From Phoronis australis (Eukaryota > Animalia > Phoronida): 64,000 nt of DNA. This document shows, piece by piece, positions 36,167 through 49,142 of this stretch. The notes under the pieces were generated by a model, which saw only the letters and a list, made by a program, of their open reading frames with translations, had not been told where the DNA came from and made no database searches. A program made the position numbers and the translations under genes. Every line of letters starts with the position of its first letter. Within the stretch, counting starts at the first letter, position 1. The stretch spans positions 166,359 through 230,358 of the forward strand of contig NMRA01000628.1 of assembly GCA_002633005.1 (NCBI GenBank), read 5' to 3'.

Positions 36167-39100
36167 AGATACATGTACGTGTAGGCCATAACAGGATCGT
36201 GTACGCACCCTTCGAACTGCTAATCTGACAAATCCAATTTCAATCAAAATCTTGTCAATGCGCGCATCCAGCCTAAAAATGGGCTGGGGGGCTCGGATTT
36301 CTGAGAATGTGGACATTTTACTAAAAAACGGGGTGCGTTCAGAGCTATGAGTTGTACATTCGCTGAATTGTGGTAGTTCGTGCCTTTTTTAGTGGACTTT
36401 TTTCTCGTTTTCTACTTTTTCGGACTTGTTGACGTCTGTTCACTATGTCGAAAGTCTGACATTTGTCGTGGCTCGCATGCATAAATGCCAGCAAATATCA
36501 CGGCCTTTATTGGTGGCTGCCACGAGTGTCGCCGTAGGCGAGTGTCAACCTTTTCCAACACAGGTAGCAAAGCAATAATACCCTTGCTCGTAAAATGGAC
36601 AACCACGACGTTTACCCACTCCGAGGTTAATCGCGTACCCCTGAATTGGCACCAGTGAGCTCATTACGATAAGTAATGGTATTTTTGGACCCAATTGCGG
36701 AAAAATTCTATACTTATACTGCTGCTCAACTACAATGACTCGAAAAAATCCTATGTAGCTTTCTACATTCTACTTGGAACCGATTGTTGAAATTTCATTG
36801 ATCTTAAACCAGCTGTTGTACATGTAGGTAGTATAAATCACTGCCTGGAGGGGGCGCGTGTTGAAACATTTTTTGTACGAAGTTACCATAGAGCAAAAGA
36901 GTACAATTTGAATGGTTATGGTTTTAAACACTCTCACAATTAGAAGTCTCCACGGGTATTCGACAGGGTGTCATCACAGGAGATGGATAGCTTATTAGAA
37001 GAAACGCTCTCAATAAACAAAACCAACGATTGCATGCATTACACTGCCACTACTCAAACCAATGCAGGTCTGTGAAAATAAATGAATCCTACGAGAGAAT
37101 TTATTCTATGGAAGCGTTAACTTGCGAATGGCATATTGCTACGGTAAAAAGTAGGTTCTGGCATGACAATAAAATTCGTTCTAGTACGGTTTCTAGTGAC
37201 AGCAAACAGTAAATCAGTGGAATAGTAATTGTTCAGTAACCACTGACACGCGCTGTGGGAGAGAAAACTCGATCAGAAGTAAATGTATCCTCATTTGCAC
37301 TAATACATACTCCCACACAACAAATGCGAAGATTTCAAGCTTAATGAACTTAAAGGCTCTGCGAATCGTTTTCGTGTTTTTCAACATGAGATGACACTGA
37401 TCGGTAAGGTTTTACGCTACAACGCTGTTTTCCCTCAGACAAGACCTAGACGACAGTAAACGTGACAGCGCACGCGCTTTCGGAAAGCAAAGACCTTCAA
37501 ACTATGCTAAAACAATGTGAAACACTTCTCGATATTTTCACCGTGGTATTTTTGACAAGCCAAAGCTTGACAAAGTGCCACCATATACTTCACCTAGAAG
37601 TGTAAACCCACAACATATATTATGACGTCTTCTTGAAAACGTAAAGTCAAAAGCAACGTACGCCATTGAAACATACATGTACACGTAGGCTACATGAGCA
37701 TGTCCTAAGTTGATTGACGTTGTTAGACCGGGGTTTGCACGACCATTCTCAGCTATAAACCGCCTTCCGTCACTATATGCAACTTATAATCTAGGCTATA
37801 GTCCGTCGTCAAAATACGTAAGGATTTCTGAAAATTAATGCGTTTCTCGACCTCCGCGATGAAGGACGTGCCTATTGCACGCTTATCGACCTCACTTTGA
37901 TGTCATATATTGCAATTTGTTTTGTAGCTAATATCAGACTGCATTATTTTTATTATTTAAAACTTACTCAAATGCAATTATCAGATGGCCACATCGTGTA
38001 CAAGAAGAGTTAATTCAAACCAAGAAAGCTAGAACTGTAAACATACGTCTCCGCAAATTCCATGTACAATGTATGTTTAATGTTTCAGATCGAAAAACGC
38101 ACAACGTCGCCATCAATCAACAGCTGATCGACATTTAAGATCCTTTAATTAAATTTCAAGTTTGTAATGGTTTGTAGGAAAGGCACCCTTCTTCTTCAAA
38201 CGCGATTGCTTCCAATTATCAATGGCAGTTTACTGTCTGTATTATAACTCGCGACAAATGCATCATCGAGAATAAAGGCAATAGTTTTCCAAGTGTCTGT
38301 CACTTTAAAAATGACTTGTAAGAAACCTGGCCTTACGGACCCGCTTCACAATGCCTGAATACTGATTGAACAGTTTAATCACTAGCACGTTACAGCCTAG
38401 AAACAATTTACATAAATTAGCTTTGTAACTTGATTTCAAGGGCATTTTGTGCAAGACTTTGTATTTTTGCTAAATTGAGATTAAGTTATGTTTCATAAAT
38501 AGTTGTGTGTAGCGTAAGACCAAATGCCTGTCTTACATACACGTAAGATATCAGTAATTTTAATGTAACACTCCATGGAGTGTAAAATGCAGGAAGAGAA
38601 TGCAATAACAAGTTTGTTTTCCTCGAGTACTAGTGCGGATTTCGCATGAGTGTAGTCAGAAGAAAGTTGTTTCTAACAGTTTTGTCTATTTCTTAAGTTT
38701 CCGAAGTAATTTGCAACGCTCTACCTCGGTTCACAAGCGTCACAAAATATGCCTGTAATTATCCGTCGTTTCATACCAATGACTACCACAAGAACTTGCA
38801 GTCCCACATCAGAGAAATCTGCCGCTACATTAACAAAAGTTCCAAAAATCAACACATTCTGACCACAATAGTCTTTCTGTTCTGAAAGGATATGCGATGT
38901 GGTGCTGACAGACAATAGTTGAAACGACTTGCCCGGTTTTCGACATATTTGGGTGTGCAGAAAAAGAAAGAGTGCGTTTAGTTCGTTTTTGGCATAATTT
39001 TTCGTCTAAGGACAGAACTTTTTATCCATGGACATTTCTTGGTAAGGAGAGATTTTTTCCAAGTTATCAACTTATCTGAATACAAATCGACTGCTAACCT

Positions 39101-40121
39101 AATTTGTCACGTGACTGCTTATGTGCTATATTGTGCTTCATTAAAACGTCCTTTCCTTTACATTTACCAATATGTAACATGTGAGATGTAGCTAAGATAT
39201 AAGAAATCAAAACTTTTAGTCCTGGGATCCTTATTTTATTACTTTTGGCTTTTTTTTCAAAAAGTGGTCGGCGGCGTTTCCTCCGAAACATCATTGCACA
39301 TTGTGGCAATTGAGTGAGTTCCATAGGCATCACATAGACCGGGCGCGCGACACTCAGATACATGAACTCACGTTGTCAATATGACGCCATATTGGAGAGT
39401 GTTACACAGGACAAAAATGGCGGAAAACACTGGGAGACCTACGGCATCAGTCAGGAGATTCGGGGGTTCGCAGTGTTAAGCCTGAAGTCAAAGAGTTGAG
39501 TTTCTTGGTCCTGCCATTGAGTCATGGGTTTTTGGGTTCGTCCATGGATCTAAATGTAATGTGAAGAATTTTCAACCCATGAAAAAATAACCCCACGTCC
39601 ATAAAACATGTGCCGTCATTATTCAACAGTTCCCTCGCTATAGGAGGTTGGGATAACCAGACATGATACCCGCAATTGGCGATATTTCAACAATGTTCGA
39701 TACGCGGATGTTTAGGTCTGGGGCATATGGTCTGGGGTGACTTGAGTGGCGAAATCTTGTTTTTTCAGTATATGCCCCAATTAGGGAGAGAAAGTACTGA
39801 ACGTCGTGTAGACCAGGAATATGTTGTCTGAGAGCTGGGCTGAAGCGAAAAAAATACTATTTTTCGAACCCTCCTTCGTTCATTTGTCCAAATCAGCAAC
39901 TGGCCAGTTTACTGATCGTGCCAAGATATAATATCTGACTTGCTGCATGAAGACTAATCTAAAATACCTGGCCACACGTTAAGAATATTCCGATCGCAGC
40001 CAAGTGTTCTTACTATCAAAGCCAAATTTGAAATCGTGAGAAGGCCAAGAGTGCGCGAGAGAAGAATTTATTCTAAATTTCTCGGCTGAGAGACGGACGC
40101 GCAGTACGCATATCAGACTAA

Positions 40122-41477
40122 AGGCGAAGGCAACCTTTTTTCATGTCATTTTGAGCTAAAATAAGGTTGGTTGGTTATCCTAGACATATTTTTCACTTAA
40201 TTACAGCTTTTCGTAATTTTATTAATTACTCGTCCGCTACTCCGGAAGTGACGTTTTAGGAGGCAAGCATTTCGCGCCAATTTCTTTTCATATAGTCTGA
40301 CTGTGAGAGCTGCCGAGTCAGTCATTGTTCTACCTCGGTTNNNNNNNNNNNNNNNNNNNNNNNNNNNNNNNNNNNNNNNNNNNNNNNNNNNNNNNNNNNN
40401 NNNNNNNNNNNNNNNNNNNNNNNNNNNNNNNNNNNNNNNNNNNNNNNNNNNNNNNNNNNNNNNNNNNNNNNNNNNNNNNNNNNNNNNNNNNNNNNNNNNN
40501 NNNNNNNNNNNNNNNNNNNNNNNNNNNNNNNNNNNNNNNNNNNNNNNNNNNNNNNNNNNNNNNNNNNNNNNNNNNNNNNNNNNNNNNNNNNNNNNNNNNN
40601 NNNNNNNNNNNNNNNNNNNNNNNNNNNNNNNNNNNNNNNNNNNNNNNNNNNNNNNNNNNNNNNNNNNNNNNNNNNNNNNNNNNNNNNNNNNNNNNNNNNN
40701 NNNNNNNNNNNNNNNNNNNNNNNNNNNNNNNNNNNNNNNNNNNNNNNNNNNNNNNNNNNNNNNNNNNNNNNNNNNNNNNNNNNNNNNNNNNNNNNNNNNN
40801 NNNNNNNNNNNNNNNNNNNNNNNNNNNNNNNNNNNNNNNNNNNNNNNNNNNNNNNNNNNNNNNNNNNNNNNNNNNNNNNNNNNNNNNNNNNNNNNNNNNN
40901 NNNNNNNNNNNNNNNNNNNNNNNNNNNNNNNNNNNNNNNNNNNNNNNNNNNNNNNNNNNNNNNNNNNNNNNNNNNNNNNNNNNNNNNNNNNNNNNNNNNN
41001 NNNNNNNNNTCGTTATACTCGGGCTCAAACATGTACTCACCCATTGAATGTCCGTGAAAAAATTCCTCGTCACCACTGCTGTGAACAAGGTCTTCGTCAC
41101 TCATACTACTGTCACTGTGATACGGGTCACCGACTCCAGCCATTTTCAGTTTACAACACACTAAACAATCCCTAAATCCAACGTAGTTGAGTTTTCTACT
41201 AACCTATCTTGCCGCAGAATACTCGCCGATGGAAAGTGGTGGCGACAATTATTGAAAAACAGCACAAAACAAAAGTAGAATAGAACAGATTCGCACGGTA
41301 AAGTCAACGCAAAACCAAGTGGCGGGAAACGCTTGCCTCCTAAAACGTCACTTCCGGAGTAGCGGACGAGTAATTTACAAAATTACGAAAAGCTGTAATT
41401 AAGTGGAAAATATGTCTAGGATAACCAACCAAACTTACTTTAGCTCAAAATGACATGGAAAAAGGTTGCCTTCGCCT
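40122..41477. mobile_element. Young Kolobok-type element with about 160-bp TIRs, spanning the assembly gap
   Basis: Near-identical IRs 40122-40280 and 41320-41477 beginning AGGCGAAGGCAACC. Flanked by ctaa and ttaa. Minus-strand acidic ORF start MAGVGD..GEYMFEPEY. Confidence 0.85.
40341..41009. other. Assembly gap (N run)
   Basis: Ns in the sequence. Confidence 0.99.
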
Positions 41478-44400
41478 TTAAGGCCGGAGAGGAAAAGGAA
41501 AGATTCGAAATAATGTGTGGAAGCGGGGCTGATCTCTTTGTGAGCAAATAATTACATGTTGTGGGGATACTTCAAAACGCCAACAAGTGCCTGGTGCCTG
41601 ATTGGGAGAGCTTGAGATCCGTGAGAGAGGATAAGTGCGTGAGAGGAGAAAATTTGTGCGTTGGCAATCCCGAGCGACGCACAGGAAAGGAACTGTGTCG
41701 GCGTTCTTTACTTTTTACATTACGGCGTTCTCCCGTTGATTCCAACTTGTTCGGTTGTATCTAGAAACCAATAATTGGTTCCTAGGTTGTATGACAACAA
41801 ATTGGGCGGATGACCGCTGTAGCCAACATCTAACACTGACTACCAAAAATCGCCCAACTACAACCAAAGTCAAGACAATCTATTGTGTCCGAACGTGCTT
41901 TACCAACTCACTGGGTTTGACTGTGTTCACATGCAATCGGTAATAAGCTTGGTAGATAATTGTTGTGCATGTTGTCATACATGTGCTCGGCGGTTATCAG
42001 AGGAGCGATATGTTATCACGCGCTAGCAAACGATCTATGTCAAGTAAAGTCACTGAACGGGAGGACGCTCTAACGAATTTAAAAACCTGCCATTTATATA
42101 TTTGACCCCAATGAGGTCACAGTAGTTCACATTAAATTTAACCCCATTAAAAACGAGCCGAGTTATATTTTAATATTACAAAGTTACCCAGGGTCATTTT
42201 TCAATACTGAAAAGGCGTATTGGGGCACAACGAAAGTACGTACCACCCGAGTGAGCGGCATGTCTCCTGGATATACAGCATTTCAGCCTCGAGCGACACG
42301 AAGTAAATGGTAAATTTGCGCGATCTTACTGGTTTCTCTTCAAAAAAAAAAACAAAAAAAAATAAATCGGTCGCAGTGGATTGACAAGTATGCAGCCGCA
42401 AAGGCCACTCGAGAATCTGCCACTGGCTGCGATCTTCTACTATTTTTTCCCTACCGACTGGTTGACTCTTAAAACTTCTGCATTACATGTTTTTTTATGT
42501 TTCTATAAAGCTCACACTCTCTCGCCTCTTTATTTGTTAGATATAGCGTTTTGAAAAGGGCAATTTGAACCGTTTGTTTACACGGCGATTAACAGTGTCA
42601 CGTGACTAGAAACAGGCTCCAATATGGCGTCAAGTTGTCGGCTGCAGTAGCGCGTGCGCCTGGTCTATAGTGAGTACCCATCCATACATATTCAGCTGTC
42701 GCTCACTAAGGCGGCCATTTTAGGTTGTGATGCACCATCAAAAATGAAAATTAACTAAAAATATTATCAAATTCAGTTGAGTTCGAAAATATTTGATTGA
42801 GTTGTGTTAAATGAGCCTTGTTTCTTCTGCTTAAGTTTCGATTGAGCTAACTAACGGTTAAAATTCCTTATATAATTGTTTTAACAAAAATGAAGCGAAA
42901 AGTGTATTCTTAGACATTACAACATTCACCTAAGAGAGGCATCGACTTGGTGCGCTGATTTTAGGTCAAATTATTTTGCACAAGGTTTATACATATGCAC
43001 CAGTGTCTGTATGTAGTTATTTAGACATCGTCTGACCACGAAGTTTGAAACGACCGTTGGCAAAGGCTTAAAGTCAGGTAGTTTTGAGAGTACAGGTAGA
43101 TGGCAAAATATTACGGTGCATAGCAGTCATGTGCGATGGCCATGAACATATGGAACCCTACCGCAAATCACAATTATTTGGAATGTAGACATCTCTCGGT
43201 AAAAGTCGATGCACAGCACTGGCGGATATAGGATGCCGCGAAAGGGGGACGGTCGCGTTCTTAGAAAGGCACCTATATTCTACATGTATGTACTGTCTGA
43301 CTTGGGATCGGTCGATGAGATGTGGCGAAACGTCTGACCGGTGTGGCTTCTGATCGGACGGCACGTGAACCTATTTTAGAGGACAGCGGGAAATATGCAT
43401 GGCTGCCGATAGACATATCCGACCACTGTTTTTGTATAGTGATTTTGCAAGACAGTTCAATACACTGTATTTGATATGTGTTGGTTTAAACACTTTGAAG
43501 TGTAAAATTAGCAAACAGTGCGTAGTCGTTTCTCGTTTGTCGCAATCATTTTTCTTGTCTAAACTGTATTACGTCCCTCTAGATGCCCCACAGGTTCCTG
43601 ATAAGATGAACAAATAAAAACGAAAAAACTTTTTATGTAGGCGAAACGGTCAAAATTATGGCAGTGAATTTGGACATGGAGCGAAATTTACACCCGTTAT
43701 GAGTGCCTTGTCCCTCGCCAGTCAGAGCTACATGTATGTATCCTGTGCCAGTTGAGGACTGTTTCCTTCCGTTTTGCGTTCTGTAGGAATGTACGTGTAC
43801 ATGTAGTTAAACGCCTACAGCCGTGTGCACGAACAATTATTCCTTCTCTGTACATAAACTATAAAGTTATAATTAACCGGATAATTTATTCTATTAATCG
43901 ACATTTTGAGCTCCAGGTAGGGATTGTATTGTTTGACTGATTGGCTTCCTTTTAGTTAAATAGTTTGCAGTTAGCACTAAACGCGGCGTAGTAGCCATAC
44001 ATTGTTTATAGCACAATAGCATGTTTGCATGGGGCACGTTTGATTGGAGCGAGTGTGCCTCCTCATTTACAAGTGATTACAACTTGTTGTCACAAAAGCT
44101 GCTTCATTGTATCACACATCTTCGATATTTCCCTGATGAATTTTCGAGCACAAAGGTTACTTACTCCACATGCTACTTTCAGCTTCTGAATATTCTGAAG
44201 GGAGGTTCTGGTATCTCTTTCGCTGCCGCTTTGGGCGAAACAAAACCTTTAGACAATGAGAAGTTTTTCAATTTAATTCATTGGTAGAAGTATTGTTGTC
44301 CTGAGCATTTCTGGAAATACTTCTGGAAGTCCAATCGAAAAATATCAATCTCTGACGACACTCCAAACAACTATGACATACACTGTAGACGGCGCACCAT

Positions 44401-45692
44401 AGAGTGCTGGCAGCTACAGTGTATAGCCCCCCATTCATTTCAGTGCTGCGCCGACCATGGTCTATGGGAAAGTTTCCACAGGGGGACTGAGGGGGAGGGG
44501 GGGGGGGCTATGCCTCCACTTTTTTCAGTACAGCGCCGTCCGTGCATGAGACGGCGATTCTATGATACATGTACGCCAAATGTGCAGACCGGCACCGCTA
44601 GTGAATGGCGCTTAAATTGCGCAAGATCACAGATGTCGTCTAGTGTTTTTGTCATCAGTCGATATTCAGTTTCTCAAAAGTTCAAATCCGAAACGATTCT
44701 ACTGCGAAAAGTTTCTTCTTCAGGAAACCCTTGACCCAATGACGTTCGTTTTCAGTGTCATATGCAAACCTAGTACGACAGTCCTTCGCAGCGCCCTACT
44801 GTGACCAGAGTGTGGCTGTATAACTCAGGCCCATATCACCGAAGACGCAGTCAAGAGTCTCGCGTAGGAACTTAGCATGCATGAATAGCGTTATCTCACG
44901 AAAGTTTGCGCCGTCTTACGTCTTCGCGAGATTCTCGCGTCTACGGGACACAAGCCAGGAATATACATGTATAACATGGACTGTACGGCGTATGCCCTAG
45001 TACATCATGCGTTGTAAACATCAATCATCGGGTCGAAAACTGCCACAACAGGAAGAATGGCACCCAAACCGCGATCATACCGATCTCTCTAATGATTAAA
45101 ATTTACAATGGCTCCAAACCGCAAATCGGCGGGCACGTAGCTTGTGACTGATGAAACGAAAATCGGTTTCGCCTTCACCTGCTGTTTACGGAGCTCATGC
45201 TTGTTCTACCCCGATCCAGAAGCATCGCCATTTTAAAAGCGATCCCGATTTTTTTCTGTCTCTGCAATTACGAATGGAAGTTGGAGAAGGTCTGGTTGAC
45301 AATTTTATATTTTAGCCGTGAAATAGTTATTTTGGAAAAAAATGCAACGGTGGCATTTCTCAACATTGTATCTCGACGAGTCAATTTTCCCTGTGCAAGA
45401 CACAACATTTCAAGAGGACAGTATTAATAATGCTTTTTGCATGTTAGATAATTATCAATTATTTTGAGACAAGACTTTTGTTGAAACAGACAACTGTCAG
45501 GAAATCAGCCACTCGATAAGTTATCTTTGCACTATTGAAGTTTTCCTCAGAGACGCTAGGGGCGTGTATTAGGAAAACGGCATTTTATGAAAACCAATTG
45601 TGAAATCCAAACATGCGCACACAGATTATTGCAGTTTTACTCAGCAATTTTTTACCCTAGAAGTAGTTCCGGGAACTTATTGTTTTTGCTCG

Positions 45693-45806
45693 TTGGGCGT
45701 ACTTGTATGTGCACGTTGGACGTACTTGCATGTGCATGTTTTGCGTACTTGTATGTGCACATTGGGCGTACTTGTATATGCATGTTTTTCTTACTTGTAT
45801 GCGAAC
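45693..45806 (+). repeat. 23-bp minisatellite, 5 units
   Basis: Variants of ttgggcgtacttgtatgtgcac(g/a). Confidence 0.9.
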
Positions 45807-48188
45807 AACTCCAGTAAGACGGATTTAAGGTAACTGGTAAAAAATTTCAAACAAACTTGAAGTCATTTTCTCCTAACAGATTAACAAGAATATGAGTTTC
45901 ATTTTGAACACGACTTACACTTGGTTAGACAACGGCAAATTATTTGTGATTTCATCGGATGTCTACGAGCCGGTAACCGTCCTACAATGCATTTAGGAAA
46001 CGCCAAAAGCGGCGTTAATTGAGAAACAAATTTGAAGTACACGATGATGGAATCTCCCGAATTACGCGTTTTCGAGATTCAGCACTTGTATTTGAGTTTT
46101 TGATAGACAAGATAATTCCATCCAATTTATAACATTTTTGGATTAAAGTATTTCAAAGCTTTATATGAAGCTAAAGGGTTGACATGTTCATTTCTTCATG
46201 AATTGGTTGTCGTGGGATTTAATTAACGAAATGTTAAGTTTTTCAGTTGATGACATTCTTTGCATTTTGATTGATTTTTAGGTCGTGATAAATGAAATTT
46301 AATCAAAGGTACGTTATACAGTGGAACATTTCTTGATCGCTTATATTTCCACATTTGTGGTTTCTGCTCAAACAATCGACGTTACCACAAAATCAAGGCC
46401 CCTAGCACATGCACACGTGTGTTACTCGAGAAAGTCGCCTCCTCATTCCTTCCTGTTCACAGTTTGAGAACCAGAAGAGGGTAACGAAGCTAATTGACAA
46501 AAAACATTTCACGGTTTCGTTTACCATTTTCCTCAACCAAGCTGCAGAAATCAATTCAAGCACGCGTGCATACATTTACTGGTTGTCAAATGACTAAATT
46601 ACTGTATCAAACAATAAATTTGAGACGAGAATTAGTATGTGTTTTATCATAAAATCATCAGGAAGTACGTTTTGTCAAATCTAGACGGGGCAGGTGCGTT
46701 GACGTGTTGTAAACCGGAAACACTAAATTTGATTTTTTATGCCTGTAACTGTCTTGCAAAATTGCCTGATATTTCACTGCAAACACATCGAAAGATCCTA
46801 AGATAAATTTGCGGTTTTGAAAAATGCAGATGACATGACCAATCCTTTGCTATCTCGGGGGAAATTACATGTATACTATCGAGTCCCGACAGAGGGCAAT
46901 ACGAAAAGGATTTGCTTACTCCTCTGCTAACCATACCAGTACGCTTACACTTACACATGAGCATGAGAAACGAGAAATTTGACATGATAATGGAATGTCC
47001 GTACCATCTGAGTAAGGCGACATGACGACATGACGCCATGACGACAGAGTATCTTTACAACCTGTGAAGAGCAATCTTATCAACTGTCACTTCGAACCGT
47101 CCGACCAGTGGGTATAACCGACCTTTGAAATTGGTTCTGGTTAACGGTGCGATCACCGTGGCTCGAGTTTCACAAAACAAATCCAGCAAAAAAGAAATAA
47201 AAAGACGTTTATAGTCATTCCTTTTATACTAGCGAACACGATTTTTTCTATTCGTCATTTCACCAGAATGAAAATAGATGGCATAGTTTTACAAACACCC
47301 ACTGATAAGAACCTTTCAATGTTCTTCGGTTGTTGTTAAAACGGAAGGTTTGTCATGTCATGTAATTAATGCTATTAGTAGTCGGAACCGTTCCAGCTTC
47401 TAGCCGGCGATATTGATGCAGTGTAGCCCGGCGCTAGAAAGCCAATAGTTCTATTAGATTTTTGCGATTTTCATAAGATTTCTGTCGCCCGATTGAACGA
47501 TAATTTGATAAGACGCTATTTATGCTTTTGGGTCATTAGGTAAGTTCACGGCAGAAGTAATGGTGAGGTGTCGCGTGCCAGGTTCTATTTATGAAGTTCT
47601 GCAGTAATTCTATCGGTCGCACTTTGTGCGTTAATCGTACGCAAGTGCATATATGTTTATCACAGTTAATGCGTGATTGTATCTACTGTAGAAGTAATAG
47701 AATGGTACGGCAGATGAATTATAAGTCCTCAGCTTGCAGACCAACAACAAATGCGTCTAGTCTAGACTCGCAAAAGCAGGCCAGCAAAAAGTCGTGATCG
47801 TTTATTGATTCCGTTACCACGTACACAGTGCATTTGATTGACGCAGAAACGTGGGAGGATCACGTGATTTCCGATAGCGCAGAACGAAATTCTCGGAGAT
47901 CCTTACAATCTCCCTGCGCAACTCGTGTTTCATAGTTCGAATTTAAGCATGACATTCATTTCTCTACAAATAAACTAGCTGATGATTTCGCTTGTGCTGG
48001 GAAGCACTTCATATTTGAAAGCTTGGAAATTGTAAGTTAAGATCGTGACTCGGAAGAATTTCTGACTTCGCCGAGGGCTTTAGTTTCTCTTATCTTTGTT
48101 TTTAAAATTATTTTTAAAACTTATTCAAATATACTTCACAGTTGAATCAGTTGATATTTTTTTCAAAATGTAGTCTCACTTTACTTAC

Positions 48189-49142
48189 TTTTTTAAGTCG
48201 ACTTGATTTCAGTTCCTCCACGCATGCTGTTGGAATTTCGGACAAGTCCCCAACTTCAGCGAGTTGGCAAAACACTTCTCCGATAAATCGATCTCTCGTC
48301 TTGCCTGGTTCTTTTCCGTACACAACAATTCTTAAACTACCTTTGGCAAGGTCCTCATTATAAAAGTCTCCAAACTCAAATGTTTCGTCGAAATCTACTT
48401 CAGTTTTGTAAGCTACACTGCTAGTGACAAGCAACGTAGTCTCTTTGGGTAACAAGTGCAGTTTTAGACATACATGGGTGACGTTGGTATCACAATAGAG
48501 GTTTGTCAAGTTTTTTATCTCCACATACAGTTTGTGTTCTCTCTCACGGAAAGCAATATAGAATTTTACAATTCCCTGCGTTGAGAAACTCTTTCGTCTC
48601 GACATGTACTCTCCAGCTGATTTTGATCTTCCCAGCTTAGACTTCGGCGACAAAGTTGAAGACAGACGTTTGAAACTTCTGCTCTGAAATGTCTCGGCGC
48701 CCTCTTCGCTGGGCAAAGGCGTGACCTCCTCAATGCTGTCAGTCGTGCCACACGGCTCTATTCCATTGCAGTCAAAAATGTCAATTTCAGGCAAACAATT
48801 TTCTGCAAACGCATCTAAGCTCTCGTGTGCATCCACCTGCAAAAAATGTTCACTCACTGTCCCGTATGGTGCTGCAGTTTTCGCCAGTTGGGGTATGTGT
48901 TTCTTGCGAACGTCTCTAGTTTTGGCCATGCGAAGACGTTTCAGCTCACCCTCCGAATCACGGCGAGATTTGTTTGAGCTCAAAAGCAGCTTCAATCTCT
49001 TTACAAGTTTCTTGCAGTTTATAAAACATCTACACCCACCCTCTCTCCGCTTGCGCACGGCACAGTATGCGACAGCAACTATGATGATTGCTGTAAAAAC
49101 AGCAGAACCGGATATGGCTGCAATCAGCGCAGCATCCATCAT
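48189..49142 (-). CDS. Synaptotagmin-family gene, coding exon 1 (N-terminal TM helix, linker, C2A domain)
   Basis: ORF begins MMDAALIAAISGSAVFTAIIIVAVAYCAVRKRR (hydrophobic span, then basic residues and Cys cluster). C2 motifs GIVKFYIAF..KLYVEI, FDETFEF, LRIVVY..DRFIGEV. Acceptor tattttcag at 49148. Phase-0 donor AAA|gtaagt after 48189. Confidence 0.93.

Larger units (their letters stand above)
39333..42670. mobile_element. Possible older element whose ends enclose the Kolobok insertion
   Basis: catagaccgggcgcgcg..tgacgccatattggag versus ctccaatatggcgtca..gcgtgcgcctggtctatag (inverted). No TSD. Confidence 0.4.

Noticed and set aside
36031-36316. Poly-Q and poly-V ORFs
   Set aside because: Translations of an intronic (CAA)n microsatellite.
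40303-41175. Long ORFs spanning 40.3-41.2 kb
   Set aside because: Artefacts of the N gap. Only the minus-strand YMFEPE start is informative.
45693-45806. CRISPR-like short repeats here and at 5205-6925
   Set aside because: Units are contiguous with no unique spacers, there are no cas genes, and the context is eukaryotic.
47560-47590. THAP-like starts (MVRCRVPG here, KHCGVHG..SSYIC near 18775-18950)
   Set aside because: Too short or degenerate to support without an HMM search.
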